Source of the DNA: a virus
Taxonomy: Duplodnaviria > Caudoviricetes
Strand: one strand, 5' to 3'
Length of the DNA: 59,728 nucleotides
Virus record (IMG/VR): IMGVR_UViG_3300046028_010391
Location: 1-59,728 of that record
Under the pieces are notes generated by a model. It searched no databases and was not told the origin of the DNA. It saw only the letters and a list, made by a program, of their open reading frames with translations. The translations under genes were made by a program, and so were the position numbers. Position 1 is the first letter of the stretch; each line of letters begins with the position of its first letter. Positions 17,407-27,250 of the stretch are shown here, piece after piece.

Positions 17407-17895
17407 ATGGCAGTATTAGATCCAAACGAAATATTTTTCACAGCCTTTGAACCAAAACAGGCAAACCGATTCATCATGTATATTGATGGTATTCCTGCTT
17501 ATGAAATTAAAGGTGTTGGTGCTGTAACACTAACTCAAGGTACAGTAGCTTTAAACCACATTAACGTACAACGTTATGTTAAAGGTAAAACAACTTGGGG
17601 CCCTATTCAGTTTACATTGTTTGATCCTATCACTCCTTCAGGTGCTCAGGCAGTAATGGAATGGGTACGTTTACACCATGAATCAGTAACTGGTAGAGAT
17701 GGTTACAGTGATTTCTACAAGAAAGATTTAACTTTCGATGTATTAGGACCTGTAGGCGATATCGTATCAGAATGGATTATTAAAGGTGCTCTTATTACTG
17801 AAGCTAACTTCGGTGATTATAACTGGGATACTGAAAACACTGCTGTAAACATTACTATGACAGTTCAACCAGACTACTGTGTATTGAACTTCTAA
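17407..17895 (+). CDS. Tail tube protein (gp19-like)
   Basis: Follows sheath, 162 aa. FEPKQANRF, W-x-IQFTLFD, YKKDLTF, WIIKGA. Confidence 0.85.
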   Translation: MAVLDPNEIFFTAFEPKQANRFIMYIDGIPAYEIKGVGAVTLTQGTVALNHINVQRYVKGKTTWGPIQFTLFDPITPSGAQAVMEWVRLHHESVTGRDGYSDFYKKDLTFDVLGPVGDIVSEWIIKGALITEANFGDYNWDTENTAVNITMTVQPDYCVLNF

Positions 17896-17914
17896 TCAGT
17901 AAAAATAAATTTAA

Positions 17915-17948
17915 AAGAGCTCGCGATTTTTCGCGAGCTTCTTTTTTT
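17915..17948 (+). terminator. Intrinsic terminator
   Basis: AGCTCGCGA-TTTT-TCGCGAGCT stem followed by TCTTTTTTT. Confidence 0.85.
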
Positions 17949-17953
17949 CTCAT

Positions 17954-17962
17954 ATATTTATA
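17954..17962 (+). promoter_or_regulatory. Putative late promoter ATATTTATA
   Basis: Directly after the terminator, upstream of the gp26-like gene. Confidence 0.7.
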
Positions 17963-17990
17963 TACGACAATAAAGTTATAAAAATAATCT

Positions 17991-18734
17991 ATGGAAGAAA
18001 ATAAATTTAAGTTACCAACGGAGGTTGTAGAATTACCTTCAAAAGGTTTGTTATATCCTGAAGGAAATCTTCTTCGTGAAGGTAAAGTGGAAATGAAATA
18101 CATGACCGCAAAAGAAGAAGATATTCTTACTAATCAAAACTATATTAGACAAGGTACAGTAATTGATAAATTACTTAGTTCTTTAATTATTAGTAAAATT
18201 AATTACAACGATCTTTTAGTTGGTGATAAAAATGCTATTATGATAGCAGCACGTATTCTTTCATACGGAGCTAACTATGAATTTATGTATGATGGTCAAA
18301 AACAAAATGTTGACTTAAGTACTCTTGAACATAAACCTTTACATTCTGAAGTAACAAATAGTGGTAAAAATGAATTTAGCTTTACTTTACCAGAAACGGG
18401 TAATGTTGTTACTTTTAAATTGATTAATCACGGTGATGAAATTAAGATTGAAGATGAAATTAAAGGTTTAAAGAAAATTAATAAAGATAATGCTAACGAA
18501 GTTACTGTAAGACTTAGCCACATTATAACTTCAATTAATGGATCATCTGAAAAGAAAGATATTAGAGATTTCGTTAATAATTATTTTTTAGCTAAAGATG
18601 CTAGAGCATTTAGAGCATATTATAACGAAATATCCCCAGACATAAACTTAAAAGTAGTATTAACCGATTCAGATGGCGTAGAGGAGGACGTAGATCTACC
18701 GATCGGGATTAACTTTTTTTGGCCTGACGCCTGA
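17991..18734 (+). CDS. Baseplate hub / tail assembly chaperone (gp26-like)
   Basis: ELPSKG, MTAKEEDIL, GDKNAIMIAARILSYG, C-terminal NFFWP. Lies between tube and tape measure. Confidence 0.75.
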   Translation: MEENKFKLPTEVVELPSKGLLYPEGNLLREGKVEMKYMTAKEEDILTNQNYIRQGTVIDKLLSSLIISKINYNDLLVGDKNAIMIAARILSYGANYEFMYDGQKQNVDLSTLEHKPLHSEVTNSGKNEFSFTLPETGNVVTFKLINHGDEIKIEDEIKGLKKINKDNANEVTVRLSHIITSINGSSEKKDIRDFVNNYFLAKDARAFRAYYNEISPDINLKVVLTDSDGVEEDVDLPIGINFFWPDA

Positions 18735-18984
18735 GTATAGAGTAAGTTTATTCGACCAAATCCATGAAATAGTATTTTTTGGTAAAGGAGGTTATGACTG
18801 GAATACAGTTTATAACATGCCTATTTGGTTAAGAAACTTTACTTTTAAACGAATTAAAGAATTTTATGAGGAAACTAACAGCAATACTAATACAGTAGAA
18901 CAATCAATTGCTGCGATGAAATCAGCGGGAACTGATAAAAAAGTAAATGTTCCATCATATGTTACAAAGGCGTCAAAAAAATGA
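18715..18984 (+). CDS. Overlapping +1-frame ORF (gp51-like), probably reached by frameshift
   Basis: Read by hand: FFGLTPEYRVSLFDQIHEIVFFGKGGYDWNTVYNMPIWLR...KASKK-stop. No ATG until 18817. T7 run at 18714-18720. Confidence 0.65.
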   Translation, partial: FFGLTPEYRVSLFDQIHEIVFFGKGGYDWNTVYNMPIWLRNFTFKRIKEFYEETNSNTNTVEQSIAAMKSAGTDKKVNVPSYVTKASKK

Positions 18985-18992
18985 CGCCTTTT
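18966..18992 (+). terminator. Hairpin terminator
   Basis: AAAGGCGTCA-AAAAAA-TGACGCCTTT followed by T. It overlaps the stop of the +1-frame ORF. Confidence 0.7.
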
Positions 18993-18993
18993 A

Positions 18994-19002
18994 ATATTTA
19001 TA
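18994..19002 (+). promoter_or_regulatory. Putative late promoter ATATTTATA
   Basis: Upstream of the tape measure gene. Confidence 0.7.
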
Positions 19003-19018
19003 ATAAATAATCTCCTTA

Positions 19019-21421
19019 ATGGCAAAAAAAGTAGGCGACTTAAACGAAGGTGAAATCAAAAAGATTAGACAAGAATCTATTGGTCTGTTAAATGACTTAG
19101 ATTCTATTGGAAAAAGCATCAATTCTAATCTTCAGAAAGTTAGTCAGCTAACAGGAGAAAGTACTGCAGGTTTCAAAGAAAGTTTTAATGCTGCTAAATC
19201 ATTAGGTGATGCATTAGCTAAAGTAGATTCTGAAACCTTAAAATCCAAAAAACAGCAAGCCACATTCCAGGATAAAGTCCGTAAAGCTCAAGAAGAAGCT
19301 ACTAAATTAGAAGCTAAAGCTTCTCGTTTAAGAGCAGAAGCTGTAAACTTTACTAAAGAACAAGCAAAAGAAGCTTATCGTGTAGCTAGAGGATATGAAG
19401 ATGGTGCTGAAAGATTAAGAGATCAAGCTAAAGCAGCTGGAAAAGTTACTGACCAATTTGAAAAATTAAACAAACAAACTAAAATCTTTGATGATATGGC
19501 TGAGTTTACTCAGCAAATCCCAGGATTAAGTAAAGTTTTAGGTGATTTTCAAAGAGCATCAGATGCTGCTCGTGAAGCTGCTTCCGAAGGTGGTAGTGCT
19601 TTAGCAGCTGGTGGAAAAGAATTAGCAGGATTAGCAGGAAAAGCAATAGCTGCTTTTGCAGTAGGAAATTTTGTTAAAGCAGTTGTTGACTTAGATGAAA
19701 GAACAACATCAGCTGCTCGTAATTTAAACATGAGTAGAGACCAAGCTAGTAAATTAGCTATGAGTCTTAATGATGCTGCAGTAAACGGAATTACAGGTAA
19801 AGACGCTCAAGCAGCTCTTGAACAATTTGCTAACACTTTAGGAACTACAGCTGCTATTAGTGCTGAAGATGCTGTTAACTTTGCTACAATGACCAAACAA
19901 TTAGGTTTGGCCGTTAATGAAGCATCACAATTAGAAACATTATCTTTAGCAATAGGTCAAAGTTCTAAATCTATTACTCAAAATATAATAGGTGAAGTTA
20001 GATTTAGTAATTATAGAAACAAAGCGGCCGTAGATTATAAAAAAGTTTTAAAAGATGTAGGTAATGCTAATGCTGCTATTTTACTTAGTGTTAAAGGACA
20101 AGGTAAAAGTTTAGGTGATGCTGGTGCTGCAGCAAGAAGATTAGGTTTAGATTTAAATAAAGTAGATGCTATTGCTGGTAGTTTACTTAATTTTGAAGAA
20201 TCTATTGCAGGAGAATTAGAAGCTGAATTACTTACTGGTAAAGATTTAAATTTAGAAGAAGCAAGAAGATTTGCTCTTAACAATGATATAGCTGGGTTAA
20301 CAGCAGAAATTGCTAAAAACGTAGGTAATGCCGAACAATTCGGTAAAATGAATCGTTTACAACAGGAAGCAATTGCTAAATCTGTTGGAATGACTCGTGA
20401 AGAATTAGCTGCTTCTTTAATGGAACAAGAAGCTCTTACTAGATTAGGAGCTAAAGATGCTAAAGAACGAGATGCTAAAGTTGAAGCTGAAATGCAATCA
20501 ATTGAAGCTCTTAGAAAACAAGGTAAATTTTCTGAAGCTGAAGCCGCAAGAAAACAACTAGTAGATAAATTAGGTTCAGATGAATTAATTCGTCAAAGAG
20601 AAAATAGATCATTAGCTGAATTACAATTAGAAGCTAGCCAAAAAATGGCTGAATCTATGGATAATTTAGCAAGTAAAGTTCTCCCTAATATGCAATCATT
20701 AATGCAAAAAATAGTTGAACATGCTGATTCATTAGCTAAAATATTAACTATTGTTGGTGGTGTTGTTTTATTTAGTAAAGTTGCTAAAATGTTTTCTCAA
20801 TTTGGAAAAATAGCTGAATTTGCTAAAGGTATAGGTAAATTTTTAGGATTTGGAGAAAAAGCAACTGGAAAAGTTACTCAAGCTGTTATGAAAGAAACGG
20901 GTAAAACAGTATCAGGAGCAGCGGCACAATCCGCTGTTAAAGCAGGTACAGCAACCGCTGCAAAAACTACAGCAAAAGTAGGAGCCAAAACATTAGGCAA
21001 ATCAGTACTTAAAAAAATCCCAATTATTGGTGCTTTAGCAGGTATTGGATTTGGTTTAAGTCGTTTAGCTGATGGAGATATATTAGGAGCAGCAGGTGAA
21101 GTAGCTTCAGGATTAGCAGGTACTATTCCAGGATTCGGAACAGCAGCTTCAATAGGTATAGATACAGCATTAGCCGCAAGAGATATTAAAAAATCTTCAA
21201 GTATAGATTCTAGTGAAACACCAATGGCTACAGGAGGCATTGTTACTAGACCAACTAGAGCAATAGTTGGTGAAGCTGGAACAGAAGCGGTAATTCCTCT
21301 TGACAAATTTTATGCTAAATTAGACGAACTTATAGCTACTGTAAAACAAGGAGGAAACATATACTTAGATGGAACTAAAGTAGGTACAGCCATGTCTGTA
21401 AGTACTTATAGAGTTCAATAA
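19019..21421 (+). CDS. Tape measure protein
   Basis: Long Ala/Lys/Glu-rich helical protein after the chaperone. C-terminal MATGGIVTRPTRAIVGEAGTEAVIPL. Confidence 0.8.
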   Translation: MAKKVGDLNEGEIKKIRQESIGLLNDLDSIGKSINSNLQKVSQLTGESTAGFKESFNAAKSLGDALAKVDSETLKSKKQQATFQDKVRKAQEEATKLEAKASRLRAEAVNFTKEQAKEAYRVARGYEDGAERLRDQAKAAGKVTDQFEKLNKQTKIFDDMAEFTQQIPGLSKVLGDFQRASDAAREAASEGGSALAAGGKELAGLAGKAIAAFAVGNFVKAVVDLDERTTSAARNLNMSRDQASKLAMSLNDAAVNGITGKDAQAALEQFANTLGTTAAISAEDAVNFATMTKQLGLAVNEASQLETLSLAIGQSSKSITQNIIGEVRFSNYRNKAAVDYKKVLKDVGNANAAILLSVKGQGKSLGDAGAAARRLGLDLNKVDAIAGSLLNFEESIAGELEAELLTGKDLNLEEARRFALNNDIAGLTAEIAKNVGNAEQFGKMNRLQQEAIAKSVGMTREELAASLMEQEALTRLGAKDAKERDAKVEAEMQSIEALRKQGKFSEAEAARKQLVDKLGSDELIRQRENRSLAELQLEASQKMAESMDNLASKVLPNMQSLMQKIVEHADSLAKILTIVGGVVLFSKVAKMFSQFGKIAEFAKGIGKFLGFGEKATGKVTQAVMKETGKTVSGAAAQSAVKAGTATAAKTTAKVGAKTLGKSVLKKIPIIGALAGIGFGLSRLADGDILGAAGEVASGLAGTIPGFGTAASIGIDTALAARDIKKSSSIDSSETPMATGGIVTRPTRAIVGEAGTEAVIPLDKFYAKLDELIATVKQGGNIYLDGTKVGTAMSVSTYRVQ

Positions 21422-21425
21422 CTTA

Positions 21426-21434
21426 ATATTTATA
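21426..21434 (+). promoter_or_regulatory. Putative late promoter ATATTTATA
   Basis: Upstream of the baseplate genes. Confidence 0.7.
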
Positions 21435-21444
21435 ATAAAAAACT

Positions 21445-21687
21445 ATGGGACTATTAGATTTACTTAAAAAGGGTTCACAGTTAACTCAATGGGATGGTAA
21501 AAATCCTCAACCATTTGATAATGCTACTCAATACCAAAAAGGTTTAGCTACATCACAATTGGATTTAGATGGTAAAACACCTCTTGCTTACGACAGACTG
21601 ACCCAATACCAAAAAAGTTTAGCGGTATCACAATTAGATTTAGACGGAAAAACTCCACCAAAATATTTGGATAATCCTCCTAAATAA
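21445..21687 (+). CDS. Small protein with ~25-aa internal repeats
   Basis: SQL(T/D)...DGK(N/T)P occurs three times. TAATG coupling to the next gene. Confidence 0.7.
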   Translation: MGLLDLLKKGSQLTQWDGKNPQPFDNATQYQKGLATSQLDLDGKTPLAYDRLTQYQKSLAVSQLDLDGKTPPKYLDNPPK

Positions 21688-23450
21688 TGCCTTTAATAAA
21701 TCTAAAAACTGATCTTAAATCCCTAAGATACGGGAAGGATACTCTTGGAGGAGGGTATAGTGGGCAACCCTATATTCAAACTCCTATCCCTGAAAGCTTT
21801 AATGATTTAGGAGCACGTGAAGATTTTATTTTACGAGGTGGTATTAATGCTATAACAGATTCCGCAACTGATATTAAACGTTTGGGGAAAATGTTTACAG
21901 ATACTAAATCCCCAAACGGATTACTTTTTATTGCAAAACAACAATTATTATCTCGTACAGCTCCCCGTACACAAACTAGCGGTATTTTAAATGAAGGTGT
22001 ATATTCACCTTTGAATACATTAGCTCAAGCAGGTGCAATAGCATTTGGTGGTCATTTAAATAAACAAGGAGAAAATCCTTTTGCAGAAACAGGTGCTTAT
22101 TCTTATAATAATAACTTATACTTTAATAAAGTAAAACCAAATCCAAATAGCCCTGAAGAATCTAAAGAAAATAATAGATTAGTTAGTTTATTAACAGCTA
22201 ATACACAACAAAGAGTACTACAAAGAGAAGGATTTAGAATTAATGATGGTATAAATGTTTTAGATTATAATGGAGGCCCAGGTTCTACTTTAGGTGTAGG
22301 ACGAACAGGTATAAGATATATGTCTGATTCGTCTTTAACCTTATTAAAGAAAAAACCTACTTTATTCTCTACACAACAGAATACCTGGACATATAGTTCA
22401 GTTTTAGTTTCTACTCCATATTCAACAGTAACTCCTTTACCTGATGGAGGTTCTCAAAACCTTCCAGGCCCAACTAAACAAGGTTCTTTAGCATCACCTA
22501 AAATTCAAGATTTTAGAGCTGTATTAAGAACACAAATTCAAGGTCAAGATAGACAAACTGCAGAAAACGCAGGTGCTTTATCTTTATCCCCAGGATATGT
22601 TAACAATAATGGACCTCTTGATTTAAGAACCAATTATGGACAACCCGGACAAAGAGGTGGTAAAAGTTATGCTAACTATTCTTTAGGAGTTTTAGATACT
22701 AATGGTGCCGGTATCCCACAACCAGGTACTGCAAAACCATTAGACCAAATCAATGCATTACCTATCTACAGAAGTGAAAATGTAGATACTTCACAACCTG
22801 TAAACGATTTAGTTAAATTTAGAATTGCTGTTATAGATAACGACAGTCCTAATTTTAAAACGTTTATGCACTTTAGAGCACTTTTAGGACCTATGTCTGA
22901 TTCATACAGTTCAACATGGAACGGTATTAGTTATTTAGGTAGAGGTGAACAATTTTATACTTATGGTGGGTTTACTCGTCAAATTTCATTATCTTGGACA
23001 GTTGCAGCCCAATCAAAAGCTGAACTTATTCCAATGTATAAAAAATTAAATTATCTAGCTTCAACCTTAACCCCAGACTATGGGTCTAATGGTTATATGA
23101 AAGGTAATTTAGTTCAATTAACAGTTGGTGGCTACTTATACGAACAACCAGGATTTATAACTTCTTTATCTTATGAAATTCAAGAAGATACACCTTGGGA
23201 AATAGGAATAGGTGTAACCCCCGGTTCGGAAGATGGGACAGTAAAAGAATTACCACACATTATTAGAGTTACAGGATTCTCATTTACACCAATCCAAAAT
23301 TTTATTCCTTCTTTACAAGATAACACATTTGCCGGAATTAATAATACTGGATTAGCTAACTCTTACGGAGATGAAAGATATATAGCATTAGCTAATGGAT
23401 TAAATAATGAAAATAGTAACTATAATTTCCTAGACACTTCAGCTGAATAA
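21687..23450 (+). CDS. Baseplate / tail-tube initiator-like protein
   Basis: C-terminal FRALLGPMSDSYSSTW...YLGRGEQFYTYGGFTRQISLSW tube-like domain. Position in tail operon. Confidence 0.55.
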   Translation: MPLINLKTDLKSLRYGKDTLGGGYSGQPYIQTPIPESFNDLGAREDFILRGGINAITDSATDIKRLGKMFTDTKSPNGLLFIAKQQLLSRTAPRTQTSGILNEGVYSPLNTLAQAGAIAFGGHLNKQGENPFAETGAYSYNNNLYFNKVKPNPNSPEESKENNRLVSLLTANTQQRVLQREGFRINDGINVLDYNGGPGSTLGVGRTGIRYMSDSSLTLLKKKPTLFSTQQNTWTYSSVLVSTPYSTVTPLPDGGSQNLPGPTKQGSLASPKIQDFRAVLRTQIQGQDRQTAENAGALSLSPGYVNNNGPLDLRTNYGQPGQRGGKSYANYSLGVLDTNGAGIPQPGTAKPLDQINALPIYRSENVDTSQPVNDLVKFRIAVIDNDSPNFKTFMHFRALLGPMSDSYSSTWNGISYLGRGEQFYTYGGFTRQISLSWTVAAQSKAELIPMYKKLNYLASTLTPDYGSNGYMKGNLVQLTVGGYLYEQPGFITSLSYEIQEDTPWEIGIGVTPGSEDGTVKELPHIIRVTGFSFTPIQNFIPSLQDNTFAGINNTGLANSYGDERYIALANGLNNENSNYNFLDTSAE

Positions 23451-23749
23451 TGAATAGATATCAAAACATACCTAAAATAAAAATTGATGGAAATTTAGTT
23501 TACCAAACATCTAAATATCCTGAGGTACCTCTATCAGTAAATGATATTTATGTTTATACTGTTCAGGGAGATAGATTTGATACCTTAGCTCAACAGTATT
23601 ATAGTAATAGCTCGTTATGGTGGGTTATTTCAATAGCAAATTCCGATAAACTTAATCAAAGTACATTAGTAATCCCTGAAGGATTACAGATTAGAATCCC
23701 CTCAACTTACGCAAATGTTGTAAGAGATTTTAACATATTAAATGCCTAA
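23450..23749 (+). CDS. LysM / tail-X-like baseplate protein
   Basis: GDRFDTLAQQYYSNSSLWWVISIAN...GLQIRIP. Confidence 0.8.
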   Translation: MNRYQNIPKIKIDGNLVYQTSKYPEVPLSVNDIYVYTVQGDRFDTLAQQYYSNSSLWWVISIANSDKLNQSTLVIPEGLQIRIPSTYANVVRDFNILNA

Positions 23750-23752
23750 AAT

Positions 23753-26575
23753 ATGAGTAATATAATAGGAGAAGGTTTTGATCCAAAAATAATAGATCAA
23801 ATAAAAGTCCGTCAAAAAATTTATGGTTCTAAAAATAGAAATAATGAACAACTTTCATATTTAAATGCTAGAACAGGTTGGTGTAAATTAATTTCTTCTG
23901 TTGATATTGAAAATGTTAATGATCCTAATCTTAGAGGTATAAAAGTACAACCGGGAGCTAATTCATTTGAATTTGCTTCTCAATTTGTATTGTTTAATGG
24001 TACTTCAAAAAACAACATCACCTTAGATAATGATAAAAACTTTGTAAGCAGTGAAATAGTACAAAGATCAGGTGTGTGGCCAGGGACTGGTAATTATAAT
24101 GATTATGCTTACGGTTTAGGGGGTAATGAGTTTGGTTTAAGACCAATGCCTGGTATTATTCAAGCATCAACTAAAAGTGAAAACCGAGGTTCTTTAAGAA
24201 CTTCTACTATTAATATCAAAGCTCACAGTAGAGAACAATTTGATATAATTGATTTATTATATCTTCGATTAGGATTTACTATGTTATTAGAATGGGGCAA
24301 TAGTTCTTATTTTGACAATAATGAAAATTACATTAATGACAACCCTCACAGTCTAGCAGATGATTTCCTTTTAGGAAAAATAAAATACGAAAATTTTCCT
24401 CAAAAAATTAGAGAAAAAATATTAGCATCTAATGGTAATTACGATGCTGTTGTAGGTAAAGTAGTTAATTTTAACTGGACGTTTAATAGAGACGGAAGTT
24501 ATGATATAACTCTTATCCTAAGAAGTATGGGAGATGTAATTGAATCTCTTACAACTAATATTATACTCCCAGGTAAACCAGTAGTTAATACCCCCAAACC
24601 AGTAGGTGAAGAATCTTCAGCTCAACAATTTATTAGAGCTCAAGCTAATGTACATTCATTAGGAACTTGGTTATTTAAAAACCAACAACTCTTATCACCT
24701 AAACCAGGAAATAATGCTGGTCAATCTTTTTTAATAGAACAAGATAAAATTGATAGTCCTATTTTTAGTGGATACGATGATAAAGCTACCCCATCAGTTA
24801 CTTTTTTCAAACAATCTTATACTGGAGGGGTTGTTGGAAACCAATACTATGTTAAGTTAGCAACTTTATTAGGATGGATTCAAACTAATGTAATTCCATA
24901 TATAGAAGATCCTGAAGTAAAATTACTTAAAATAAATAATAGAGTTAAAGATAATATAATTTATTGTTTAGACAGACAAACTAGTACTGATCCTCGAGTT
25001 TTATTGTTTAAACGTGGTTTTACGTTTAGTAATGGAGATAAAGTAGAATTTGCAGGTGTATGTGATGATTTTTTTGTTACTGAACCTAAAGGATTAAAAA
25101 ACAAGTATGGTTATATAATGAATGCTTATTTTAATATGGTGTTCATTTTGTATAAAATGCAAAGTTTAATAAACTCATCAACAGGTAAAGTAGGTTTATT
25201 AGATTTTCTAAATTCTATAGCATATGGTTGGAACCAATCAACAGGATATTTTAATCAATTAGAATTTGTTGTTGATCCTGATTTAAATGAAATCAAATTA
25301 ATTGACCAAACCGTAATACCTGAAAAAGAATCATTTTTAAGTAATAATGATTTAGTAGTATTTGATGTTTATGGTTATTACGATAGAAAAGGTGATTCAC
25401 ATAGTGGATTTATTCGAGATATAAATTTTACAACTACAATATCTCCTAATTTAGCTACTATGTTAACTGTAGGAGCACAAGCAAACGGATATGTTGTAGG
25501 ACAAGATGCTACAGCATTATCTCGAATGAACAGTGGATTAAAAGATAGATTTAAATCTACTATCTATGCTTCAACCGCACAGAAAAACCAAGAATACACA
25601 GCTGAATCTTTACAAAAAGAATATCAAGATCAAATTTTTGCATTCAACACATATTTAAGAGAATTAGGATCTTTGAATGGAGGTGCTCCTACCTTTAATA
25701 CAATAGCCGTTGATGCTTTTAATAGTGCTGCTCGTACATTCTATGAGTATGACCAAGCATCACAAACTATAAATGCAACTAAAACAAATAAATTTGCTGC
25801 TTCTCCAAACAGTGGATTTTTACCATTTGACTTATCCTTAACAATGGATGGACTTTCGGGTATGAAAATTTATCAAAAGTTTACTATTGATACTTCATAT
25901 TTACCTTCAAACTATCCAACCGCTCTAGAATTTATTATTCGTAGTATTAATCATACTATTTCTGGAAATGAATGGGTAACTCAAATTGAATCATTTGCTA
26001 TTCCTAAGAATCCATTTGGTTCAATAGAAGGAAGTAGTCCTGTGGCTGCAGCATCACAACGTGAAGATACTAGAGGAACAACCCAATCAACAGCCGGAAC
26101 ACCAAACGCTGATAGATTAAGAACAATCTTAACAAGTTTAGGATACCTTGAAAAAGGTAGAGAATTGTCTAATGGTGGAGACATTTCAAGTGATCTAGTA
26201 GATTATGCAGCTTCAGTATTTAGAGAAATTAAAAGACAAATTCCAAGTTTAACAATTACAGTAACTGGAGGTAATGATGCTTACCACCAGAGATTATCTT
26301 ATAAATCTTCCCACACATTAGGTCAAGGATTAGATTTTACAATTTCACCTTTAACAACAGCTAATAAAAATGCAGTTGATAAAATATTAGGTGGATTTGC
26401 CGCTGGTAATCAAAATAAAATAGTTAGTTTTATTAATGAATATGATTACCCATCATCCAAATCAACTGCAGGTCACTTCCATATTAGAATAGGTGGTAAA
26501 GTTGAAAGTACAAGAATTGCTACATTTATAGCTCAAGCAAAGAAAGGACAGTTAACAACTTATACAATAGCATAA
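23753..26575 (+). CDS. Baseplate hub protein with C-terminal Zn-peptidase (M15/LAS-like) domain
   Basis: Large tail-operon protein. C-terminal SSHTLGQGLDF (H-x6-D) and GHFHI (HxH). Confidence 0.6.
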   Translation: MSNIIGEGFDPKIIDQIKVRQKIYGSKNRNNEQLSYLNARTGWCKLISSVDIENVNDPNLRGIKVQPGANSFEFASQFVLFNGTSKNNITLDNDKNFVSSEIVQRSGVWPGTGNYNDYAYGLGGNEFGLRPMPGIIQASTKSENRGSLRTSTINIKAHSREQFDIIDLLYLRLGFTMLLEWGNSSYFDNNENYINDNPHSLADDFLLGKIKYENFPQKIREKILASNGNYDAVVGKVVNFNWTFNRDGSYDITLILRSMGDVIESLTTNIILPGKPVVNTPKPVGEESSAQQFIRAQANVHSLGTWLFKNQQLLSPKPGNNAGQSFLIEQDKIDSPIFSGYDDKATPSVTFFKQSYTGGVVGNQYYVKLATLLGWIQTNVIPYIEDPEVKLLKINNRVKDNIIYCLDRQTSTDPRVLLFKRGFTFSNGDKVEFAGVCDDFFVTEPKGLKNKYGYIMNAYFNMVFILYKMQSLINSSTGKVGLLDFLNSIAYGWNQSTGYFNQLEFVVDPDLNEIKLIDQTVIPEKESFLSNNDLVVFDVYGYYDRKGDSHSGFIRDINFTTTISPNLATMLTVGAQANGYVVGQDATALSRMNSGLKDRFKSTIYASTAQKNQEYTAESLQKEYQDQIFAFNTYLRELGSLNGGAPTFNTIAVDAFNSAARTFYEYDQASQTINATKTNKFAASPNSGFLPFDLSLTMDGLSGMKIYQKFTIDTSYLPSNYPTALEFIIRSINHTISGNEWVTQIESFAIPKNPFGSIEGSSPVAAASQREDTRGTTQSTAGTPNADRLRTILTSLGYLEKGRELSNGGDISSDLVDYAASVFREIKRQIPSLTITVTGGNDAYHQRLSYKSSHTLGQGLDFTISPLTTANKNAVDKILGGFAAGNQNKIVSFINEYDYPSSKSTAGHFHIRIGGKVESTRIATFIAQAKKGQLTTYTIA

Positions 26576-26576
26576 A

Positions 26577-27236
26577 ATGTATTATCCTAAATCCCAAATA
26601 AAAACTAATTTATACACCAATGGGGATGAGTATGTTATTGAATTAACAAAATCTCCATACTCGGGATATTATTACTTAACAAGTACCGGAATAGCATATA
26701 CTGGAAAAACTCCTAATGATAGACCTAATCAAAAATTAATCAAGGTTGAACAAGTAGTATCTGAAACCTTTACATTACCAATAAACCCGAATGTAACAGC
26801 TACTATTTTATCCTCAGATAACCCAGGAGCATTAGATACAGTATCTTTTTCAAATTATACATCAGTATTAAATTATGCCACTTTAAAAAATATAAACATA
26901 TTTAACCCTCCTGTTAAACTATTACCATATTATTCCCCAGTACAACCAACATCACAAGACTATCAAAACGGAGAATTTCAAAGATACTTCGTTAAAAAAA
27001 CAAATGGTATTGTTTATATCGAAATAAACCAAGATCAGTTTGCTAAATTAGAAGCTAAAGATCCCCAAATTGAATTTTCACTTTATGAACCATTTACTAT
27101 AACTTGGGTATTAACGGGAGATAAAGAACAAGTAGCTAAAACAAATAGAAACATAGTAGAATTAGCTGAAAAAAGAAATCGTTTACCTAAATTTGGAGAA
27201 TACCTAAAACTTGATTACCTTAAATACTATAAGTAA
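26577..27236 (+). CDS. Hypothetical protein, last gene of the tail module
   Basis: Tightly packed long ORF. Confidence 0.7.
   Translation: MYYPKSQIKTNLYTNGDEYVIELTKSPYSGYYYLTSTGIAYTGKTPNDRPNQKLIKVEQVVSETFTLPINPNVTATILSSDNPGALDTVSFSNYTSVLNYATLKNINIFNPPVKLLPYYSPVQPTSQDYQNGEFQRYFVKKTNGIVYIEINQDQFAKLEAKDPQIEFSLYEPFTITWVLTGDKEQVAKTNRNIVELAEKRNRLPKFGEYLKLDYLKYYK
27193..27221 (+). promoter_or_regulatory. Putative promoter TTGG-N19-TACCTT
   Basis: Same spacing as the other copies. Sits at the start of the replication module. Confidence 0.45.
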
Positions 27237-27250
27237 AAAGGTTATATTAA

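Noticed and set aside
18784-18832. Perfect AAAGGAGG followed by TTATG at 18794
   Set aside because: Opens only a 12-codon ORF and is explained by the KGGYD codons of the +1-frame protein.
19549-21306. Minus-strand ORFs opposite tape measure, UvsX, RNR, GroEL, DegT and others
   Set aside because: Antisense to well-supported genes, with no motifs or promoter elements.
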